Origin: an uncultured Pseudanabaenaceae cyanobacterium
GTDB lineage: Bacteria; Cyanobacteriota; Cyanobacteriia; PCC-9006; JAAUQQ01
DNA length: 64,000 bases
Direction: 5' to 3'
Assembly: GCA_938002085.1 (NCBI GenBank)
Contig: CALLAT010000074.1
Span: 21,173-85,172, forward strand
In this document: one piece after another, positions 29,072-36,425 of the stretch
How the letters are laid out: every line of letters starts with the position of its first letter
Numbering within the stretch: position 1 is the stretch's first letter
Made by a program: the position numbers and the translations under genes
Notes under the pieces: generated by a model
What the model saw: the letters and a program-made list of their open reading frames with translations, nothing else
What the model was told of the DNA's origin: nothing
Databases searched by the model: none

Positions 29072-30382
29072 TCAACCCGATCTAATCGGACCATTAGGCC
29101 ACCGAGGGGGAGGGGGATTCGGCGGGCCTATAGGAATCGATTCAAGATTCATTTCCCGAATCTTAAGCGGAAGTGAGAATACGATGGAAGAAAAGACAAG
29201 CCAGAAGAATCCAAAGTTCAACAACGAGCTTTCAGTGAGGTTACAAACAACAATGATGACGAGAAAAGCGATAGGCCAAATTGCCCAGGGTCTTGGATCT
29301 CGATGCAAGCAATAAATTGCCCTAAGCATCGTCAGAATATAAGTAATTAAAAACAATCCTAAGCCAACAAGTCCCACACTTAATGCTGCTTCCAAGAAGC
29401 CATTGTGAGCTTCTGGAACCGGCCATTTTGTGACTTGAATAATGACTCTTGAGGGTCCCTTCAAACCATGCCAGAACCCTCTATAGCCATAACCAAACCA
29501 AGGACGTTCTTGGACCATTCGAACTAAGAGCGCCCAAAAGACAGTCCTGCCTGTTAACGTCAGGTCCTCACCCGTCACCTCAGCGATTAAAACAAGATTA
29601 TTAACAGCCCAAGCGAAAAATCCAGTTGTTGCTGTTACCCCTAAAAAGAACAAGGGCACCAGATATAGCAATTTGAGACGTAGTGTTTTATATCCATAGA
29701 CAAAGCAGCAGGTTAGCAGTGCAGCAAAAGCAACACCTACTGCACCACCAGACTTAGAAAGTACTGTCAGAACTAAAGCAAAAGGAAGTAAGAATTTGAA
29801 TCGCTGCTTGTGAGTTTCAAAAAATTGCAAAAGAAATATCACGGAGCTTAGAGCCATCATTAAGCCGAAGTGGTTCTTATGCACATAGATTCCACGAAAA
29901 GCTCCAGCATGAACCCCTCCCATAATGCCGTAACGGGGAGGAAGAAAGATAAATAGCACGCTGGTCGCGACCATAATAGTGCAAAGCGTAGCAAATATTT
30001 CTAGCTGATCCTCCATTCGGTAACGTGTTGCGAAATAAAGCCCAAAGCCAGAAGCTGAGATAAAGCGAATGCTTTCGACTAATGTTTGATCAGGAAAGAG
30101 AGACCAAAAGAAAGAGAAGCCTACAATGAGAACCAATAAACATAGAAATATATTCTGAGTTAACGCATAAAATAAGCGCTTCCAGCGAAGAAAGAGCAAG
30201 ACATAAGTAATGAAATAAATTAGTAGAAATAACCCCGCATTGAGTGCCTGAGTGCTAGGTGCGACAGAGCCATCCCCTTCACTGGCTCCTCTAGATAACA
30301 CCAGCGGGATAATACCTTCAGAGAAATGCATTAGAGCAGCAATCGTGAAGATTTTTTCTAGTTTTAATAGCAGTTTTTCCAT
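29072..30382 (-). CDS. O-antigen ligase/polymerase (Wzy/WaaL-like) family membrane protein
   Basis: 436-aa ORF with ATG at 30382, more than 10 hydrophobic segments, and a large loop containing HNGFLEAALSVGLVGL (Wzy_C-like). It is markedly AT-richer than its neighbours. Confidence 0.7.
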   Translation of the reverse strand: MEKLLLKLEKIFTIAALMHFSEGIIPLVLSRGASEGDGSVAPSTQALNAGLFLLIYFITYVLLFLRWKRLFYALTQNIFLCLLVLIVGFSFFWSLFPDQTLVESIRFISASGFGLYFATRYRMEDQLEIFATLCTIMVATSVLFIFLPPRYGIMGGVHAGAFRGIYVHKNHFGLMMALSSVIFLLQFFETHKQRFKFLLPFALVLTVLSKSGGAVGVAFAALLTCCFVYGYKTLRLKLLYLVPLFFLGVTATTGFFAWAVNNLVLIAEVTGEDLTLTGRTVFWALLVRMVQERPWFGYGYRGFWHGLKGPSRVIIQVTKWPVPEAHNGFLEAALSVGLVGLGLFLITYILTMLRAIYCLHRDPRPWAIWPIAFLVIIVVCNLTESSLLNFGFFWLVFSSIVFSLPLKIREMNLESIPIGPPNPPPPRWPNGPIRSG

Positions 30383-30432
30383 AATCAGGCTTACTCCAAA
30401 CAGGAGAATCGTTATGCGTTAACAAAGCGATG

Positions 30433-30462
30433 GCCACAGCTGCCTTGCAAGGCGGCTGTGGC
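30433..30462 (-). terminator. Stem-loop between the GNAT gene and the wzy-like gene
   Basis: gccacagctgcc (30433-30444), loop ttgcaa, ggcggctgtggc (30451-30462). The stem is 12 bp with one G-T pair. It lies 8 nt downstream of the GNAT stop on the minus strand. Confidence 0.4.
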
Positions 30463-30469
30463 TGAAGCA

Positions 30470-31450
30470 TTAGCCTTTTTGGGAGTTTAGTGCCAGGGTT
30501 TTAAGCTTGCCTTTCATACCAGGGAAGGACTTGAGCCCCCAGGCCAAAGCCGGTTTGACGGAAGCAGTCATCAACTCTTGAGCTTGAACCTTCAAAGGAG
30601 GTGTCCCTAAGGAGCTAATCAGCCGGGCATGGCTGGCATAGATCCATTTGTAGTCTTCATTGCCAATCAAAAAGTCAAATTCCCGATGACCGGCATTAAA
30701 GCTGGCTTCCAAGGCTTCCAGGAGCAAGAGGCGGCCCGGCGCATAGTTGGAATATTCGTGATCGTAAGAGGCAATCCAAGAGTAAAGGCGACCATCGTGG
30801 AACAGATTAATGTCGATCGCAATGGGCCCCTCTGCAGAGCTCAAGCTAGACACCATTAGCAGGCCACGCTGGGCCAACTCCTCAAACAGGCGTACGTTTT
30901 CCTCATGGGCAAAATCATCGAATTGCCCGGTGCTGCGATATTGCTCAGACTTCCACTGCATGCAGGCTTTAAGGATCTCAGGCCGAGTATCACCGAAGAC
31001 AAACTCCACGGGACCGACCGCTTCCTCGAGCTTGCGACGGCGGCGGCGGGAATCGGCGAAGAACTTCTTCGACTTACGCTTTTTGATGAACTGAAGAAAC
31101 GTCTCCCAGCTGTCAAAGTCCTCCCAAAGAATGGTGGGTGCAGGCTCATAGCTCTCCTCCAGATTGCCTTCAAGCCACTCTTCAGCCCGAATGATGCCAT
31201 GGGAGACCTTGGGCAAGTATTTGAGGTCAGCCGTTTCTTGGACGGGATCTGTATCGGCGATCGCCTGTCCCTCAAAAAAATCCAACATGCGGGATTGAAA
31301 AGGGAAGTCCGTAATGGGAGTCTTCTGATTGACCGTCGGAATTCTCCAAATCTTGCCGTCTAGTTCAAATAGCTTGTTTTCCACCTGCTCATCAGGGAAA
31401 AAAGCTGCCGCAACAGACTCACATAATGCATCACAAGAATAAAAGTTCAT
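30470..31450 (-). CDS. GNAT-fold acyltransferase (BioF2/CelD-like, Acetyltransf_6-type)
   Basis: The ORF track gives 30470..31456 (TTG). An ATG at 31450 gives MNFYSCDAL. The C-terminal half (LLLLEALEASFNAGHREFDFLIGNEDYKWIYA) resembles the CelD/BioF2-like GNAT family found in polysaccharide loci. Confidence 0.6.
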   Translation of the reverse strand: MNFYSCDALCESVAAAFFPDEQVENKLFELDGKIWRIPTVNQKTPITDFPFQSRMLDFFEGQAIADTDPVQETADLKYLPKVSHGIIRAEEWLEGNLEESYEPAPTILWEDFDSWETFLQFIKKRKSKKFFADSRRRRRKLEEAVGPVEFVFGDTRPEILKACMQWKSEQYRSTGQFDDFAHEENVRLFEELAQRGLLMVSSLSSAEGPIAIDINLFHDGRLYSWIASYDHEYSNYAPGRLLLLEALEASFNAGHREFDFLIGNEDYKWIYASHARLISSLGTPPLKVQAQELMTASVKPALAWGLKSFPGMKGKLKTLALNSQKG

Positions 31451-31527
31451 GGTCAATTCAGAAGGAAAGTGAAGGAGAGCGTGAAATAACAGTTAGCAAT
31501 GAAAGCGGCTAGCACAGTTCAAAGGCC

Positions 31528-32718
31528 CTAGGCCTCTTCACGCTTAGTACGAATCCAGCTTTGCTGAGGTCGAACAAGAAAGGAGAGGTAAATCGGCACC
31601 TTCCAGAAAACGTAGAGAGGTACTGCCAACAAGGCGGTTAGGGGCAACTGCTCGCGGCAATATTTAGCCCAAACCATCAAGATAGAAGTCAACAACAAGA
31701 TGCCTTGAACAATCAAAACAATGGCGGGTAGCCACTGGACTTGGGACCACCCCCAGACCAGCGAAATACTGGTCAATCCAGCCCAGAGCAGCACCAGGAG
31801 CGCCAATGGGGGCACGCACAAATCCAAAGTGGCTGCAACTAACTGGGGACGCTTTTGCTGCCAAGCCGCTTTAAGCAAATTGGGTGACTGGGTCACCAAA
31901 GTATTGAGATGACCATGCTCCCAACGCTTACGCTGCTGAGCTGCAGCACCAGACTGACTGGGTAACACCCCCGTGACCCGCCCAGTTCGACAAAGCTTGG
32001 GAGAATGACCTGCCACCAAGAGGTCCAAAGACAACTGCATGTCTTCAACCAGATTGCTATTTGCCAGGGGTAAGCTGCTGAACAGTGGCCAAGGAAAAGC
32101 CATCCCCGTTCCATGCAAAGTCAGGGGCATCCCAAGACGAGCAGCGCCATTGGGACGAATAAAAGTACGCACCGTGAACGCAAAGGAAGAGAGCTGATCT
32201 TTGAGGCTAGGCTTCTCTGGGGGGGCCAAAAGATTCGTAACCTGTACCGGAGACTGAGAGTCATGGGCAATAGAGGTTGCTTCAGCAACAGTTCCCTCAT
32301 GAACCTCACAGTCTGCATCAATAATCATCACCACATCCGGAGGAGCCTCGGCGAGGCAACTCCTCCCAAAGTCCAAGGCATGCCCCTTACCGCGCAACTC
32401 CAAATTGTGACGCTCCACAACGGTGGCCCCCAGCTGCCGACTCAACTCAGCCGTACCATCCGAACAGTTATCTGCAATAACCATCAACTGATCGCCCTCC
32501 TGCAATTGGGGGGTGAGTGTATTGATAGTCTTTTGGATACCTAAAATTTCGTTGTGGGCAGGAACCAAAACGGCCACGCGAGGGCGCTGGAGGTCGGGAT
32601 TTACAGGCTTAGATCGTTCCGGTAATAATGCCGCAAGACATTCCAGAGTGAGCATAGCCACTGCCGGCAATAGGACAAGGGCAGCTATCAGCAAAACGAG
32701 GGTTATTAATGGGGTCAT
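31528..32718 (-). CDS. Family 2 glycosyltransferase, processive-synthase-like (D, DxD, ED, QxxRW; N- and C-terminal TM helices)
   Basis: 396-aa ORF with ATG at 32718. VAVLVPAHNE, IADNCSDGT, IIDADC, VEDMQLS, QQRKRWEHG (QRKRW encoded at 31921-31935). One N-terminal TM helix and about three C-terminal ones. Confidence 0.8.
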   Translation of the reverse strand: MTPLITLVLLIAALVLLPAVAMLTLECLAALLPERSKPVNPDLQRPRVAVLVPAHNEILGIQKTINTLTPQLQEGDQLMVIADNCSDGTAELSRQLGATVVERHNLELRGKGHALDFGRSCLAEAPPDVVMIIDADCEVHEGTVAEATSIAHDSQSPVQVTNLLAPPEKPSLKDQLSSFAFTVRTFIRPNGAARLGMPLTLHGTGMAFPWPLFSSLPLANSNLVEDMQLSLDLLVAGHSPKLCRTGRVTGVLPSQSGAAAQQRKRWEHGHLNTLVTQSPNLLKAAWQQKRPQLVAATLDLCVPPLALLVLLWAGLTSISLVWGWSQVQWLPAIVLIVQGILLLTSILMVWAKYCREQLPLTALLAVPLYVFWKVPIYLSFLVRPQQSWIRTKREEA

Positions 32719-32778
32719 AACAAATTCACTTCACGCGGGATCAGGGGGGGAATCAGCTAGGCTTAGGCAGAATTAGGC

Positions 32779-33489
32779 TTAAGACGGATTTGCTTGCACA
32801 GCCAGAAGTTCAGATACGGTTTGGAAGCGATAGCCTCGTTCTTGCAGTTGGGGGATCAGGCGAGCCGTCGCTTCCACTGTTAGGCTGCGATCGCCTCCTC
32901 CGTCATGGAGTAGAACGATAGAACCGGGCCTGACTTGCGCTAGAACATGGTCAACAACGGCATCTGCACTGACGGCTTGGTAGTCCCGCGGGTCCACATT
33001 CCAGAGAACATTTATTTTTTTGAGTTGTGCCAGCACCCAAGGCAGGCGAATCCGCTTATAGCCATAGGGGGAACGAAAATGGATTCGGTCCGGACTGCCC
33101 AACTTTTGCAGCAGCTGATCGGTCTGATGAATCTCATCGGCGATCGCAGCTTTGGGGGTTGAAACTAAGCGTCGATGGGAGTACGAATGATTCCCAAGCT
33201 CATGGCCCTGGCGCTGTAGAGACTGAACCGTCTCAGAATGTTGCTCCACCTGACGGCCAATCACAAAAAACGTCGCCTTAACCCCAAACTGCTCCAACAC
33301 TTCCATCAATCGATTGGTATAGGGCGGATTAGGACCATCGTCATAGGTCAAAGCCACAACCTTTTGATCGGTCTTGACCTGAGTCACCATCTCACCAAAC
33401 AACTGAAACTTAGATGTCTCGGCCAATTTCTTGAAACCAAAGCCCAGAACCAGCAGGGCAAATAGCAATAGAGCAACAGTCGTCACCAT
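32779..33489 (-). CDS. Polysaccharide deacetylase (NodB homology domain, CE4)
   Basis: The ORF track gives 32779..33522 (TTG). The ATG at 33489 gives MVTTVALLLFALLVLGF (TM anchor). NodB motifs LTYDDGP, HSYSH and VLLHDGG. Confidence 0.85.
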   Translation of the reverse strand: MVTTVALLLFALLVLGFGFKKLAETSKFQLFGEMVTQVKTDQKVVALTYDDGPNPPYTNRLMEVLEQFGVKATFFVIGRQVEQHSETVQSLQRQGHELGNHSYSHRRLVSTPKAAIADEIHQTDQLLQKLGSPDRIHFRSPYGYKRIRLPWVLAQLKKINVLWNVDPRDYQAVSADAVVDHVLAQVRPGSIVLLHDGGGDRSLTVEATARLIPQLQERGYRFQTVSELLAVQANPS

Positions 33490-33546
33490 GGCAAAACAAA
33501 ACTCCAATGAATGATTCAGCAAAGCAGCAGTACCTTCTCGACTAAC

Positions 33547-35718
33547 TTAGGTACTGACGGGAACTTGAGGCTCAGACGGGCTTGATGCGGGCTGAGCTTG
33601 GGGGAAGTAGCCACCATTGACGCCGTTCACCACGAGGCCCAAGATGACCTGCTCATGTTTTTGCAGCAACTCTTGGGCGATCGCACTGTAATTGCGATTG
33701 ATCACCCCCGGCCGCGTAACAAGCAACATGCCATCGCTCATCCTTCCCAAGGGCAAGGCATCTGCCGCCTGCAATAAGGGAGGAGCATCAATGATGATGT
33801 GGTCAAAGTAATCAGCGGTAGCTCGCACCAGTGAGTACATTCTTTTTGAAGCCAGAAGGCGCAGCGGACTTTCCACGGGCGCTCCTGCAACCAAAACCTT
33901 CAAATTTTCAATATCGGGGCTCTGCTGGGGCTGAAATTCAGTCAAGCCTTGGCACAAGATATTACTCAATCCAGGATCGGAGCCCAGCGCCCAAAGGGTT
34001 TGCTGGACCGGATGACGCAAATCGGCATCAATGATGAGAACGCGTCGCCCTTGACGTGCCATAGTGGCAGCCAAATTAGCCGCCACCATAGACTTGCCTT
34101 CTGCAGCTACCGCACTGGTCACCACAATGGTCTTCAATGCACGACGGGCACTGAGAAAGCGAATATTCTCTTGGATCATCCAGTAGGCTTCATTCAAGAA
34201 TGAAGCCTCTCCATCATCCAAAAAGTGCTTAAACTGCTGAAGCTCCAGATCTCTTTGCGAGAAACGACGGGAAAGGTTGCCAGTCGGAATCACACCTAAC
34301 AGAGGATAGTCAAATGACCCCTTAATATCCCTCAAGGTTTTGAGTGAGCCATCGCGCAATTCTGCAATCACAATCGCCAGGCTCGCCAACAGCAACCCCA
34401 TCATCATTCCGGTGCCAACAAACATGACCTTGCCAGTGCTGCCCTTGCTATCCGGCAGAATCGCAGGTTGAGCAATCTCAGCATTCCTAGAAGTCTTGTT
34501 CTCTGCCAGCTGAACATCTTGGAATTTTTGCAGCAGGGACTGATAGTTTTTGCGTGCCACGTCGACATTCCGTAGCAGCTGAGCTTGAGTGGCCTCTAAC
34601 TGAGGCAATAGGCTGGCTCGATTGGCATACTCAACGTTTGCTTGCTGCAAGGTCGCAAGCTGTTCACTGAGCTTGAGCCGACTAATCTCAAGACCGATAT
34701 AGGACTCCAGCAAAGTTTCCCGAGTCCCTCGGTCTTCCAATAACCCTTTAGGAACAGAAACCTGAGCCCCAACAAACTGTTCTAACTGAGAAGCAATCGT
34801 CGCCTCTAGCAAGCCCTGCTCATACCTCAAAGAGCTCACGCTGGGATGATTGGGTAAGTAAATCTTTTGCGCTTCCGCCAGTTCCTGCTCCAGAGTGGCC
34901 AATTCGTCCAGCGCACCTCGAATTTCCGGCGACTTACTGAGTGTGCTTACTGCAACGGTTTGACCGAAACTCAGCTGAAAGTTGCTCTGGAGCTGCTGAG
35001 CCTGGTTACTCACCCCATTTAATTCTGCCGCAACCCCAACCATCTGGTCTTTCAGCCCCGCTAACCCCTTGCCCAACAGCTCAGCTTCTTGGGAGAGATC
35101 AACAATATTATGGGCTTCCTTAAATTGCCGCAGATCAGATTCTGCCTGGAGTAACTTAGCCTCTCCCCCAGGCAATTGACTCGCGACAAAAGCACTGGCG
35201 TTGCGGGTCTCAGTGGCTTGTTTATCAAGGGTGTCTTTGAGATATACAGCCATTAAGGCGTCTACAACATCCTTGGCCTGCTGAGCATCTTTAGCCTTGT
35301 AGGTGATGTTGATAACATCTGTCAAACCGACAATCTCAACAGACAGATCCTTACGAAAATCCTTCACAGCGAGAGGCTTTCCCTTATCTGTGATGAGACC
35401 CACCTCTTCAATCACGCGTTCCAGGGGGAGGTGAGAGATCAGTAACTCTCTCTCGGTCCCGAGAGGACTCTGGGTTTCCAAAAGTGATTTCAACTGATCC
35501 GCTTCTGAACCAACCCCTGCCAAAGAAGTACTGCGATCCAAGCCCCTAAACAGCATTTTGCCTTCGGCACTGTAGACTCTCGGCAACTTTGTCGAGAGTC
35601 CAACAAACGCGGCAAGAGTTAAAACGAATACAATCCCCCCCAGAGGCCAACGGCGCTTCAGAGCGGTGAGATACCCCTTGAGGTCAATATCTATACTGTC
35701 TCGACTTTCAATCGCCAT
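33547..35718 (-). CDS. wzc: Wzc/GumC-type polysaccharide co-polymerase fused to a BY-kinase-like P-loop ATPase
   Basis: 723-aa ORF with ATG at 35718. N-terminal Wzz-like region with a TM helix (WPLGGIVFVLTLAAFVGL), a long coiled-coil periplasmic region, then a second TM helix. Walker A VTSAVAAEGKS, A' VLIIDADLR, B HIIIDAPP. Confidence 0.85.
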   Translation of the reverse strand: MAIESRDSIDIDLKGYLTALKRRWPLGGIVFVLTLAAFVGLSTKLPRVYSAEGKMLFRGLDRSTSLAGVGSEADQLKSLLETQSPLGTERELLISHLPLERVIEEVGLITDKGKPLAVKDFRKDLSVEIVGLTDVINITYKAKDAQQAKDVVDALMAVYLKDTLDKQATETRNASAFVASQLPGGEAKLLQAESDLRQFKEAHNIVDLSQEAELLGKGLAGLKDQMVGVAAELNGVSNQAQQLQSNFQLSFGQTVAVSTLSKSPEIRGALDELATLEQELAEAQKIYLPNHPSVSSLRYEQGLLEATIASQLEQFVGAQVSVPKGLLEDRGTRETLLESYIGLEISRLKLSEQLATLQQANVEYANRASLLPQLEATQAQLLRNVDVARKNYQSLLQKFQDVQLAENKTSRNAEIAQPAILPDSKGSTGKVMFVGTGMMMGLLLASLAIVIAELRDGSLKTLRDIKGSFDYPLLGVIPTGNLSRRFSQRDLELQQFKHFLDDGEASFLNEAYWMIQENIRFLSARRALKTIVVTSAVAAEGKSMVAANLAATMARQGRRVLIIDADLRHPVQQTLWALGSDPGLSNILCQGLTEFQPQQSPDIENLKVLVAGAPVESPLRLLASKRMYSLVRATADYFDHIIIDAPPLLQAADALPLGRMSDGMLLVTRPGVINRNYSAIAQELLQKHEQVILGLVVNGVNGGYFPQAQPASSPSEPQVPVST

Positions 35719-36120
35719 TTAAGTACATACACTGAAGGACAAAGCCTAAGGAGGTAGCATCAAGTGACACGAAAACCTTCTGGTTTATCTATGCATTATT
35801 GCCAGATAGATCCCGGAAGAATTGACCACCAAAGGAAGATCAAATTTCGAATAATAAGTAGAGGAAAAAGAGCATATAACCCATCTCTATTATTTTCAAA
35901 ACAAACTATTCATCAATCATTTTTCAAAATTTTTGATCATTTCAAAAATCCTACAGCTAGAATTTTCACTGATACGACCAAGTAAAATTTAGAGCTATAC
36001 AATCCATAGAAAAACTCATGCAAATCGATTTAGAGATAGCGTTAAACCGACTTTAAAGAGAGCACTTTTTTCAATCAGTACAAGCCCAAATGCTTTCTTT
36101 GAAAGAATTTTGACGAGAAA

Positions 36121-36147
36121 CATAAATTCTAGAAAGTAGAATTTATG
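36121..36147. promoter_or_regulatory. Perfect 11-bp inverted repeat in the AT-rich divergent control region (candidate operator)
   Basis: cataaattcta-gaaag-tagaatttatg. It lies between the divergent wzc (start 35718) and GH9 (start 36426) genes. Confidence 0.35.
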
Positions 36148-36425
36148 AGGCTCTCGATATTTTCAACTCTAGGAACAAAATTTGATACAACTTCGCAGAT
36201 TTATCCTTTCAAAGAAAGATTTTAATTATTCAGTCCAATCACAGGCCAGCCTAATTCCGTAGTCTTCTTAATTTTCCGGAAACCAAACAATAGATGTCAC
36301 AATTCAGGCTCTTCTTACTTAATGAATAGATAGTCCATGAACAAAAACCTGATCTACTGTCTTGAAATAGAAGAATAAACCAACCGCAAATCTCTGACAG
36401 AAGGCTTAGAGAAAGGAATCTTAGA

